From Callorhinchus milii (taxonomy: Eukaryota), in contig NW_024705386.1 of the NCBI RefSeq assembly GCF_018977255.1, positions 1 through 49,828 of the forward strand: 49,828 nucleotides of DNA, in the 5' to 3' direction. A program made the translations under genes and the position numbers. Positions 37,772 through 49,828 of this stretch are shown piece by piece. The notes under the pieces were generated by a model. The model saw only the letters and a list, made by a program, of their open reading frames with translations, did not search any database and was not told the DNA's origin. Positions within the stretch are counted from its first letter, which is position 1, and every line of letters starts with the position of its first letter.

Positions 37772-38592
37772 TTAACAGAAGTACTCACTACTTTGATTAT
37801 CCAGCCACTCCAGCAGCCATTTCTCATTATCAACCTGCATGGGGTCGAAAAAATAATTGGCGTCAGGGTTCAGTACATCCAGCCATCTCGCAGGATCCAA
37901 CTGCATGGGGTCGAAAGAGGAATTGTCGTCAGGACTCATTACATCCACTACATCCACGCATCTCTCAGGATCCACCTGCATAGGTTCGAAAGATGCATTT
38001 TTTTCAGGACTCATTGCAGCACTTTGTTTTTCACCTTTTGATTTCACTTCCCTTTCATTGCTGATCTTCTCATGCTTGTTTCGGGGTGATGACCGTGTCC
38101 TCTCCAACGGAGAACAATTGAATGGATTATCGCCCTTGTGTGTTTTCTGGTGCCTGTGAAGATTTGATTTCCGTGCAAATGCCTTCCAGCACACAGCGCA
38201 ATTGAATGGCTTCTCACCCGTGTGCGTTTTTTGGTGCTTGTGAAGATCTGATTTCTGTGCAAACGCCTTATCGCACACAGCGCAATTGAATGGCTTCTCA
38301 CCCGAGTGTGTTTTCTGGTGAGTGTGAAGATTTTGTTTCAGTGAAAATGCCTTATCGCACACAGCGCAATTGAATGGCTTCTCACCCGAGTGTGTTTTCT
38401 GGTGAGTGTGAAGATTTTGTTTCAGTGAAAATGCCTTATCGCACACAGCGCAATTGAATGGCTTCTCACCCGAGTGTGTTTTCTGGTGTCTGTAAGAGTT
38501 GATTTCCGTGCAAATGCCTTCACACAAACAGAGCAATTGAATGGCTTCTCACCCGTGTGTGTGTGACGCTGTGGAAAGGTAATCTGCTCCAT
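37772..38592 (-). CDS. C2H2 zinc-finger gene U9 (5 fingers, full tail; frameshift in finger 1)
   Basis: ORF 37772-38536 covers fingers 2-5 and the tail. ATG at 38592 by homology. Confidence 0.75.
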
Positions 38593-41500
38593 GTGACTGA
38601 TTCTTCAGTGACAGTCGCGGGTGTTTTTTAGAGTAAAATGCACCCTTTAAGCTGCGTGGATGTCTGGCTCAAATCGCCAAGAAGCTAACTTTTTACCAAC
38701 GTCTAACTGAGACACAGTAACGTCTCGGAAGTCGGACTACACACGCGATTACCAGTTTATCCACTAACAAATACACTTACTTGTGGATGCACGGCGTATC
38801 GATGTCCCTGTAACCCGTCTGAAGAGATCGCCACGAACTCTCCCGAAGCGAAGTCGCCAACCAGTCGCCAAGCAATCGTGCTCGCCAGGCTGGGTCTCGT
38901 GGAAGAAGGGTTATCTGCAGAGCGGGGAGTCGAGCGTCTATCCTCAGCAAAATCCCTCTCGAAATGACCTTGAGGTCTGATTTTAAGCCCCTTATAACTT
39001 CGCTCTAGCATCCAAATCCTTTGTTCACAACTTGGCCTATTATGGACTTTGCATAAAATTGTTAATTTTTACGTTAACAATCCGCATATCCAGCAACATA
39101 ACACGTATGTACATCTCACGCATAATTGTACACTTCCGTTTGAATAAGGATGTGCATCTCCATGCATAATTCCGTGCTTCGTGTTAATTTGCAAATATTC
39201 ACCCCCCAATGTCCTCTAAACTGCTGCAAGTTTAGAGGATTATAAAGCGACATACAGTCTGAAGTATCAAAATTGGTGATCTCGAGATTGATTTGGAATA
39301 AGATGTGCAAGTATATATGTACTGACTTTGTTTTATAAATATATTAAGGACAATCGTGTTGAGCGGGGGTGTTCCTAGAAAACGAGTGTTTTATATTAAA
39401 AATTCTGCCATGAACTTTGAATAATCATCCGAATGGGTTAGCTTGTAAGCGTGGTTTATTATAATGTTCATGTTAAAGGTTTTTGGGTTAGATCGCTTAA
39501 ATATACAAATGTGTATTTGAAACCCGCCACCACCCGACAAAGCCAACTAGTAAGGGTTGTCATGTAGCAATAAGGGACGATCATCTTTAACATAGCAGGT
39601 CTTTATTGTTCTTCAAGTATATTAACATTAAAACTCGTAGAAACACATGCACACTCGTGTGTGAAACAGTCGCGTTTGGATGCACACTCGTGTGTGTATG
39701 TCTTCTCGTCCGTTTTTTAGGGGAAGGATATGGTAGCAATAACGTACGATCAGTCATCTTTAAAAAACAAATCAGGTCTTTATTAATCTGCAAGAAAACT
39801 CACGTTAATACTCGTATCGAACTCTTTATTAATACGCATGCTATTTCCCAATAGGAATTCAACAGTTAAAACAGATTCTTAAAATCAAACAAGTAGACGT
39901 CGATTTCCCCTTTGACGTCCTTTTAACACTGAAGCCATTCGTCAAAGCCATCAAACACAGGAACAACGAACGTGCAATCCACGCACACTCTGAAACCTAT
40001 TATTTGAATTTCGATTTAAAGCTTCGTGACTGCAGGGATTCATCTTCTTGTTTCTTTCGGTAAAGTCACGTAGAAGGGAAGTAATAAAATAATAAAAATA
40101 AAACATAATAAAACAATTCTCACGACGTTTCGGCTACAACGCAAGCAGCCGTCTTCAGGTGAAGAATGAGACACTACCAAACTAGGAGCTTATATATAAG
40201 CTGCATTGGGGGGTTGAAGAGCGCCTTAACAAAAAGAATGTGCATGTGAAGAGGGATTTAGCATATTCATGGGAAAATGCGTAGGCGTTGGGCGGGGGGG
40301 TGTCAAAGTCATATTATGCCCATGCATTATGCAGGATCAGCAGCAACCAAGGGGGGTGCAGGGATTAGCAGTAACAAAGGAAAGGAATGTTAATGATATG
40401 TAGCTGCAGTTACTCAACAACCACGTAGAAAACTTAAAGTATAAACTACATAAAAAACTAAAGTAAAACTGCCATCGCACCATCAGTATACTTACTATAC
40501 TCTATAATAAGCTGAGTTACTAACAGCAAGTAATACATTACAATTTACCTCGTAAAAATTCTATAATATGCTTCCATCTAAACCTTATTCTCTTACATCA
40601 CACGAGCATATACCGTACTATATACTGCCATAGATAACCCAACATTAAATATATACTGTATTGCTGTAAACCAACCTATATCTTATACATTTAATATCAC
40701 ACTATGTATATTCTACACACCCTAATGTGTATCGAAATGGTTTATTACGTCCTTCCAATGATTTGCTGAGCCAGAATCCATCTTCTCGGTTAAAATTGTC
40801 TCTGTGTTTGAATTAATTTTAACTTTGGAGCTTTCGTGACTGCAGGAATTATTCTTTGGTTCTTTCGGTAAAGTCACGTATAAAGAAAAAATAATAAATT
40901 AAATAATAGCATACGACGTTTAAGTAATTTATTACACAATGATAAAAATTAATGAACATGTTTAAAATATTGAGCAAAGTTGTGATCACCAGACTTTCTC
41001 CAACTTTAGCTCAACAAGACACTTAACCACGAGAGTAAAATCAGGAATTGAACCACCTCACAACCACTGCACATCACACCACATCAACAAGTAATCCGAT
41101 CGGACGACAAAGCACCACCTTAACGTGACGAAGTCTAGAATAAACTCAACACTCAAGACGCGGAATTCAACATAAACACCACGACAAAATGAATAACAGG
41201 AATGGGCAAATCCTAAAACAAGACGGCACACCCCAGATCAGTAGCAGTGAGAAGATGACAACACATGGCAACTTCTACCATAAACACACATATTTAACAG
41301 AGACGATGATCTAACGACGAGACGAAGGAATGTATCTATCGAAGTATAAAATTGTTGTCATTATGACATCAGTGAAGACTTCTGGAACTTAAAAGGAAGA
41401 CATTCATCTGAACACATTTATAGAGCATTCCACAACATCACTAGCTTGAAGTCCTAGAAATCACCGAAAAAAAAATATAAGAGACACGAATAGCACTCTC

Positions 41501-41774
41501 CAGCCACTCCACTACATCAATCCATCTCTCAGGATGCAACTGCATGGTGTCGAAAGAGGAATTTCGTTGAGGACTCATGACAACATTTTTACTCTTTGTT
41601 TGATGATGCCTGTGAAGTGTTGCTGACAGTGAAAATGCTTCCAACACACAGAGCAATCAAACAGATTTATTAAAATAATTACACTAGCTTGGAGTAAGTT
41701 CTGGAAATCACTGATATAATCAATTACACCTAGTACATTGATACACAAACATGCACATTCCAAGACTTCAACAG

Positions 41775-42596
41775 TTAACAGAAGTTCTCCATACTTTGAA
41801 TATCCAGCCACTCCAGCAGCCATTTCTCATTATCAACCTGCATGGGGTCGAAATAGGAATTGTCGTCAGGGCTCAGTACATCCAGCCATCTCGCAGGATC
41901 CAACTGCATGGGGTCGAAATAGGAATTGTCGTCAGGACTCATTACATCCACTTCATCCACGCATCTCTCAGGATCCACCTGCATAGGTTCGATAGATGCA
42001 TTTTTTTTCAGGACTCATTGGCAGCACTTTGTATTTCACCTTTTGATTTCACTTCCCTATCATTGCGGATCTTCTCATGCCTGTTTCGGGTTGATGACCG
42101 TGTCATTTCCAACGGAGAAAACTTGAATGGCTTCTCGCCCGTGTGTGTTTTCTGGTGACTGTGAAGATTTGATTCCATGCAAATGCCTTACCACACACAG
42201 AGCAATTGAACGGCTTCTCGCCCGTGTGTGTTTTCTGGTGACTGTGAAGATGTGATTTCTGTGCAATGTCTTCTCACACACGAGCAATTGAATTGCTTCT
42301 CGCCCGTGTGTGTTTTCTGGTAACTGTGAAGATGTGATTTCTGTACAAATGCCTTCTCACACACAGCGCAATTGAACGGCTTCTCGCCCGAGTGTGTTTT
42401 CTGGTGACTGTGAAGATTTGATTTCCCGTGAAAATGACTTCTCACAAACAGAGCAATTGAAGGCTTTTCGCCCGTGTGTGTTTTCTGGTGCCTGTGAAGA
42501 TCTGCTTTACGGGCAAATGCCTTCACACAAACAGAGCAATTGAATGGCTTCTTACCCGTGTGTGCGTGGCGCTGTGGGAGAGTTTTTCTGCTCCAT
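41775..42596 (-). pseudogene. C2H2 zinc-finger gene U10 (5 fingers, frameshifted as assembled)
   Basis: Homology to U2/U5 with multiple single-base indels. Confidence 0.72.
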
Positions 42597-45500
42597 TCTT
42601 CAGAGCAGAGAAACTGTCGCGGATGTTGTTGAGAGCAAAAGGCGCCCTCTAAGCTGCGTGGATGTTCTGGCTCAAATCGCCAGGAAGCAAACTCTTACCA
42701 CGTCTAACTGAGACACAGTAACGTCTCGTAAGTCGGACTACACACGCAATTACCAGTTTATCCACTAACAAAGACACTTACTTGTGGATGCACGTCGTAT
42801 CGATGTCCCTGTAACCCGTCTGAAGAGATTGCCACGAACTCTCCCGAAGCGAAGTCGCCAACCAGTCGCCAAGCAATCGTGCTCGCCAGGCTGGGTCTCG
42901 TGAAAGAAGGGTGATCTGCAGAGCGAGGAGTCAAGCGTCTATCCTCAGCAAAATCCGTCTCGAAATGACCCTGAGGTCTGATTTTAAGCCCCTTATAACT
43001 TCGCTCTAGCATCCAAATCCTTTGTTCTCGACTTGGCCTATTATGGACTTTGCATTCAATTGTAAATTTTTACATTAACAATCCGCATATCTAGCAACAT
43101 AATACGTATGTACATCTCACTGCATAATTGTACACTTCCGTTTGAATAAGGATGTGCATCTCCCTGCATAATTCCATGATTCGTGTTAATTTGCTAATAT
43201 TCACCCCCAATGTCCTCTAAACTGATGCAAGTTTAGAGGATTATAAAGCGACATACAGCCTGAAATATCAAAATTGGTGATCTCGAGCTTGATTTGGAAT
43301 ACGATGTGCAAGTTTATACTGTACTGACTTTGTTTCATAAATATATTTAAGGACAATCGTCATGAGCGGGGTGCTTCTGGAAAACGAGTTTTTATATTAT
43401 AATTTCTACCTTAGACTATACATTATAATATTACACTATGTATTATTCTACCCACTCTACAGTATACCACACTGCTGTATATTCACTATACAATTACTTT
43501 ATTACCTTATACATTATATTAAACATTACACTTTTATACTATTTATTATTATACAATCTTCTGTGCGATGCGGCAGTTTAGGCGGGTTGTGTGACACTGC
43601 AGCAGCCGGCATTTGTCAGCTGTTGTCGCGCCGCGGGGCGTGTGCAGTGAACACGGAGGCTGGCGGGGTTGGGTGCAGGGATCTGCCGCCACCCAAAACT
43701 CGGGCGACGCCAAAGTAATAATGGAAATAATAAAATAAATTATATGATAGAAGATGAAAGTAAGAAGAGCGGTGGTGAGTGAAGAAGGAAGTGGGTAAGG
43801 TACGAGGTGTGGTTACGGTTGATAAACTGTGAGAGCGATCCGGGACTGCATCCAGCTGCGGCGCTGTCGCCATCCTACTCTCGAATCCATTGAGAGGGCA
43901 GATCCAGCAGTGGATTGTGTGAATCTAATAACGACCACAATGTGATACGAGTGATTATAATGCAATTCAAATCCCGCAGCCCGCAGTTCGTATTCATTCG
44001 AGCAGTATGGTTCTATATATGGGATATTATGAAAGGCATATGACTAATCGGCCTTGCCCGCATCCCGACACTGATGTTAACCTTCAGTGCAGGCAGGAAC
44101 AATCACCACTCCACGCGTGGGGCATACACCTTCCTACAGCTCACCGCCACGGTTTGCCCCTTCATTATTTTGTTCAAAATAGGAGCCACTCAAGTTCAAG
44201 TTCATTTATTAGGTATAGCCCTGTGAGCCATTCGGCTCTTGAATCGGGTGTATCCGCAACAAACAAAAAACTAAACATGAACAAAAAACATCTTAAAGTG
44301 CAAACAGAAAATCCAAGAAAAGACAGCAAAATATTGCAAAAAAAAACCACCGTACACCAACGCTGTGTGCAAAAATCCCAGTGGGATGCAATTTAAACAA
44401 CAACCACAAGACAACTTAGATTAAGGCCATCAGTTTAACTCTGTACTACAACAAACAAACATGGCTAAACCAATACACTTTTAGAATCACCAAAACAAAG
44501 CCATGAAAGCAATGAAACAGTGATCATAGGAACTGTGACGGAATTTTCACAATAAATGGCATTAACAACATCTACTACCAAAACCCTCTCCCTGTTTTGT
44601 TGCCATTCTGCTGCCCACGAGTAAAGTTATGTAAAAACAACCCCCTACCTCATCAGCGGTGCAGAGCGGTAACGCTGTGGTCAATGTGAGCAATGTCCGA
44701 GAGGGAAGGCTCATAGACATCACAGAGGCCCACGAGGTCTCCGGACTGTTGCGAGGGGCTGGTAACCCCTCCACATTCAATGCACTTACCGTGAGAACAC
44801 GTGGTAAATAAAAACACACACATCACTGTACATACACATCAGTGTAAATACACACTGCTATAGACTGATAATGGTTATAATAATAAACAACACTTGCAAA
44901 CTATACCATCCAGATGGGTATCCAGAGCAATTGTAACCATTTTTTGATGAATATAAAATAACCCTCGTTGTTTAGACACACCATCAACAAGAGTCCTTAA
45001 AAATATCCATAAAATCAAGTCACCACGCTATAAAACATTGCAACATTTTATACTTATTTTCATAGATAAAGTCGATAAATTGATCACAGTTTACAGGCCA
45101 TTGTAAATGTGCAAACTAACAACATGTACATACTTATTCAAGGAGATGCCCATCCCTATTCAAACGGAAGCGAACGATGATTCAGCATATTCTTACTTAG
45201 GCTTAAGCACAATGCCCATATGAGCTTAGGTATGTTGCTAGATATGAGGAGCTTTAGTACAGTGAATAGCAATTAAATGCAAATAAGTTCATGAAGATAA
45301 TGATTAGAGCGAGATTTCATAAATGGGAAGAATAATCCGAACAGTGTGTCGTAGCAATGGCAAGCAAATGGAAGTATGAACTTGAAAACGACTTCATGCA
45401 AATAAACTACACCCATGACTTCAATACACTCATTAAATATGTAGCAATAAGGGACGATCAGTCATCTTTAAATTATCAGGTCTTTATTGTTCTGCAAGTA

Positions 45501-46558
45501 TATTAACGTTAAGACTCGTAGAAACACATGCACACTCGTGTGTGAATGCACAACGCTGTATATACAGTCGTGTTTGGATGCACACTCGTGTGTGTATGTC
45601 TACTCGTCCGTGTTTTTTTAAAGGAAAATATGGTAGCAATAACGTACGATCAGTCATCTTTAAAAACAAATCAGGTCTTTATTAATCTGCAAGAAAACTC
45701 ACGTTAATACTCGTATCGAAATCTTTATTAATACGCAGCTCAAACAGGAAAGGAACTAGGCAAATTATTTCCCAAAAGGAATTCAACAGTTAAAATATAT
45801 TCTTAAAATCAAAAACGTCGATTTCCCCTTTGACGTCCTTTTCCACTGAAGCCATTCGTCCAGAAGTCCAAGCCATCAAACACAGGAACAACGAACGTGC
45901 AATCCACGCACACTCTGAAACCTATTATTTGAAGTTAATTAATTTATTACACAATGATGAAAATTAATAACATGTTTAAAATATTGTTGTGATCACAGAC
46001 TTTCTCCAACTTTAGCTCAACAAGACCACTTAACCACGAGAGTAAAATCAGGAATTGAACCACCTCACAACCACTGCACATCACACCACATCAACAAGTA
46101 ATCCGATAGTACTACAAAGTACCACTTAACGTGACGAAGTCTAGAATAAACCTCAACACTCAAGACGGAATTCAACACAAACACCACGACACAATTAATT
46201 ACAGGAATGGGAAAATCCTAAAACAAGACGGCACACCCATCAGTAGTTGTGAGAAGATGACAACACATGGCAACTTCTACAATAAACACCATATTTAAGA
46301 GAGCCGATGATCAAACTACGAGACGATGCAATATATCTATCGAAGTATAAAACCGCTGTATATACAGTCGTGTTTGGATGCACACACGTGTGTGTATGTC
46401 TTCTCGTCCGTGTTTTTTTAAGGAAGGAAATGGTAGCAATAACGTACGATCTGCCATGTTTAAAAACAAATCAGGTCTGTATTGATTTGCAAGAATATTA
46501 ACAGTAAAATCGCATTAAATGTTGTATCAATTCGCTTGGTCAAACGGTTAACAAACTA

Positions 46559-47725
46559 CGTCTGCAATGCGACAGCTCCCTACTCACGCTCCGAGGGTGG
46601 GGAAACGCGGGTCGGTTCCTGGGTGTGCAGACAGGGCCTCTTGATGAAGTGGGACAACATTCCCGGCGTCACATGCTCGTGGTGCCGTTTGCTGTACGGG
46701 GTAGGGTCGTCCTGGCTGCCCATGAACGACTCATGCATCTGGGGTTTCACAAAACGCTCGCCCTCACATTCAGCGAGACTACTATTGGCCGGGGATGGGC
46801 AACGACTGGCGAACATTCTTAAGGGATGTGTAGGGTGCGCCCAAAGAAAACCGCCACCAATAGCGGCTAATCCACCGCTGCAATCCATTCAGGTTTCGCG
46901 CACGAAGGAATTGGTCGCGCTAGACATCTTGGGGCCCTTTCCCGCTACACCTCGGGGAAATAAGTTCCTGCTGGTTGGCGTAGAGTATTTCACCCGCTGG
47001 CCCATGGCATGGCCACTCGCCAACCAGTCGGCTCGGCAGTGGCGGACGCCTTTGTCCAAGGTTATGTTTGGACAAAGGCGCCCCCGAACGCTTTGCTGAC
47101 GATCAAGGGAAAAATGTTTCCAGCGTTTGTTGCCGAGGTGTGCGACCTGTTGGGTACAAAAAAGTACGTACCTCCCCGTACCACCCGCAGACTGACGGTA
47201 TGGTTGAACGTCTGAACAGGACGATTACGTCTATGCTGTGCCAACAGGTATGCGACGACCAGGTGGATTGGACTTACAGGTACCGGGGGTACTAGCGGCC
47301 TATCGGATGGCACCTCATGCGGCGACGGGGTTTTCTCCATTTTTTCTGATGTATGGGCGGGAGGCCGATCCGGCCATGACGTCCAACTGGGATTTCCCAG
47401 CCACGTGCAAAATCTAAATTGGCAGACCATATCAAGTTTAGCATCGCCAAATTGGCTGAAGCGCGAGAGGCTGCGAATTGAATTTGTGTCTCGCAGATCA
47501 CGAACGAGCGATTGCATGGACAGAAGGTGCATACGCACAATTGGGGAACCGGGTGATAAGGCCTGGCTGCATTTCCACACGCACCGTTGGCTACGTCCCC
47601 CAAACTGTTGAGACCATGGAGGGGACCGGTGGAAATTGTGCGGTTGCACGACCCCAGAGTATACAGATTAAATGGGGAAAACGCCGTTGGTACGTGCACC
47701 CTCCCGACTGAAACCCTACGCGGCG
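46559..47725 (+). mobile_element. Degenerate Ty3/Gypsy integrase (pol 3' part)
   Basis: Across frameshifts: AHERLMHLGFHKT..YYWPGM..CVGC (HHCC), VALDILGPFP..GNKFLLVGVEYFTRW, DDQG, TSPYHPQTDGMVERLNRT, HAATGFSPFFLMYGRE, PWRGP (GPY/F), VH..RLKPY. Confidence 0.93.
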
Positions 47726-48380
47726 CCGCGTGACCCCGGTTGTGCCGTGACGACCGAGCGTGTGATGTGACCGTCGACTCAGGGAGGGATGTGTCGCAGG
47801 CTGATCCTCACGTGTCTCCACCTGACCCACCCCCAGGTGTCTCGGACCTGACGGCTGTGTTGACCGTCGGGAACCGGAACTCCGCGGCTCGCGCGAGCCC
47901 CGATGCCTGGCCCATGCCTTCCTGAACTGCCGGCGCCACCGGATGGCCAACCGCGTCTGGTGCCGTACGACGGACCGGCAAGGCGGCACTCGGGCTAGGA
48001 CGCAACACTTTTCATGAAAAAAAAATCTTTTTTGTTTAAAACCCGACCTCGCTGCCGTGTTCCCCCTCTGCCGAGGTAATGTCCCGTTCAAGGGACGCTC
48101 GGACAGATTGCGACGCTGCACGAGTCGGAGAGAAAAGAAGAGAAAATGAATAAAGAAAATTTTTTTATTATTACTCTTTCTGCATACACATTATCGTTGC
48201 CACTCGCCGGATTGTGCATATTGTTCTTGTTGTGGGTGTGGCGGTTGCTGGTTTGCGGATTGCGGTGTTCATGTTGTGTTGTTATGGTTTGTTGTTATGT
48301 TACGGGCACACATAGGGGTGAGGGGGTGTTGTATATAGTATTAGCAGCCGGTCGGCTGCGAGCTATGTGGTAGGGGGTGA

Positions 48381-49132
48381 TGTAGTGGTGGTGTTGACGT
48401 GCGCCGACAGTGATGGATCACGGGCGCGCGGGGTTGGGCACGCGATGTGGGCGTGTATGGCGCGCGCGCCGGTGGTAAGGCGCGCTGACACAAGCTGGGA
48501 AAAGAGGATCGTAGCCAGCGCGCAGTGATTGGAATAAGATGGGTGCTCTCAGCGACGTCCGCAGGAATGGCATAAAGGGAGACGTGCGAGAGCACTCGTG
48601 GTCAGTGTTAACCAGTTGAAGACCGAAGACGGAGTGGAGGAGGTAGTGGCCCGGACCCCTAGTCCCGCCGTCCTTGTCAGGACCGGGCCCTGTGTGGCTC
48701 GGAGCCGAGACTTGGAACCCGTAGTCCGACGCCGCGGGGTCGGGACGGTGGTACCCAGAGCGAGACGGACACCCCAGCCGGGTGTGTTCCGGAAGGCTAC
48801 GGGGCGTAAGAGCCCGTGTCAGTATAGCTGAGTGGTGTTGGTCACCGAGTAGCTAAGTGGGTGTTAGTCACGCGTGTAGCTGAGTGGGTGTTGGTCACCC
48901 GAGTAGCTAAGTGGTGTTAGTCACCCGTGTAGCTGAGTGGTGTTAGTCACCCGAGTAGCTGAGTGGGTGTTAGTCACCCGAGTAGCTAAGTGGTGTTAGT
49001 CACCCGAGTAGCTGAGTGGGTGTTAGTCACCCGAGTAACTAAGTGAGTGTTAGTCACCCGTGTAACAGCTTGGTGTTAATAAAAGAGTGTGCTACCCGTG
49101 AAGTCGTCTCCCGCCCGAGTTACTACTTTACA
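48381..49132 (+). mobile_element. Probable 3' LTR of the Gypsy element (~750 bp)
   Basis: Preceded by purine-rich GGTAGGGGGTGA (PPT-like). TGTA...TACA termini, AATAAA 49078-49083, host sequence resumes at 49133. No second LTR is available to confirm the 5' boundary. Confidence 0.65.
48826..49063 (+). repeat. 27-bp minisatellite x9 inside the LTR (AGCT[GA]AGTGGGTGTTAGTCACCCG[AT]GT)
   Basis: Nine contiguous units of 25-27 bp read directly. Confidence 0.9.
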
Positions 49133-49828
49133 TATGTACATCTCACTGCATAATTGTACACTTCCGTTTGAATAAGGATGTGCATCTCCATGCATAATTC
49201 CGTGCTTCGTGTTAATTTGCTAATATTCACGACTCACCATTGACACACGTCCAATGTACAGTGTATAATAACAATAGTATAACATTTATATGCTTAATAC
49301 AATGTAATATATAGTATCGTAATTGTATAGTAAACATATAGCAGTGTGATACACATTAGGGTGGGTAGAATATACATCATTTTATGTTAAAATGTTTATA
49401 GCAATACAGTATATAATTTAATGTTTGTTTGTCTATGGCAGTATATAGTTACGTGTAGACTCGTTGATGTAAGAGAACAAAGTTTAGATGGAAAGCATTA
49501 TATTATTTTTTACGACGTACTTACTTACTGTTAGTAACCCAGCTTATTGTAGAGTATAGTAAGTATACTGATGATGCTATGTAGTTTATACTTTAGTTGT
49601 TTAAGCGTGGTGGTGTTTCATTCAGACGCTGTCTCCCCGACAGACCTGGTCTTCACCTGAGGACAGCTGTGTGCGTTGTGGCCGACACGTCGTAAGAATT
49701 ATTTATTTGTATTATTTCCCTTATACTTGACTTTACCGAAAGAACCAAAAAGATGATTAATCGATGTTTACGTGTTTGATTTGAGAATATTTTATAACTG
49801 TTGCATTCCTGAAAGTGATATAAATTCC
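49133..49828 (-). repeat. Inverted copy of 9526-10257, including a hammerhead with GAAA>GACA (49650-49697, +)
   Basis: The reverse complement matches 9526 GGAAATTTATATCAC.. through ..GAGATGTACATA 10257. Confidence 0.9.

Larger units (their letters stand above)
37250..46558 (+). repeat. Higher-order duplicate of 1-9525
   Basis: Same succession: type-B gene, PLE spacer, type-A gene, LINE-tail spacer, orphan 3'UTR, ending GGTTAACAAACTA (9525 / 46558). Confidence 0.85.

Noticed and set aside
48826..49063. CRISPR-like appearance of the 27-bp repeats (and of the finger repeats)
   Set aside because: Contiguous units without unique spacers, no cas genes, eukaryotic context.

Overview
Eukaryotic (animal, probably vertebrate) DNA. 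Positions 1-46558 are a macrosatellite-like head-to-tail array of ten minus-strand C2H2 zinc-finger genes (U1-U10). Each has a TATA+Inr promoter with POU/Sox/ETS-like motifs, an ATG-free leader with a GTAAGT donor, a single coding exon and a 3'UTR ending in AATAAA. The coding exon has a ~12-aa leader, 5 to ~9 fingers and no KRAB/SCAN/BTB domain, and ends in a 2-3x repeated acidic-aromatic motif (SPxxNxxF[DE]PMQxDxxxW[LV]). U5 and U6 are intact (329 aa, 4520-bp period). Most other copies carry 1-nt deletions that may be long-read errors. There are two spacer types. Type A holds a diverged inverted copy of the promoter and sometimes a LINE 3' end. Type B holds Penelope-like fragments inserted at the poly(A) site, with minimal hammerhead ribozymes on the mRNA strand. 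1-9525 is repeated at ~37250-46558. The window ends with a degenerate Gypsy integrase plus LTR and an inverted copy of 9526-10257. All calls were made by eye without alignment tools.
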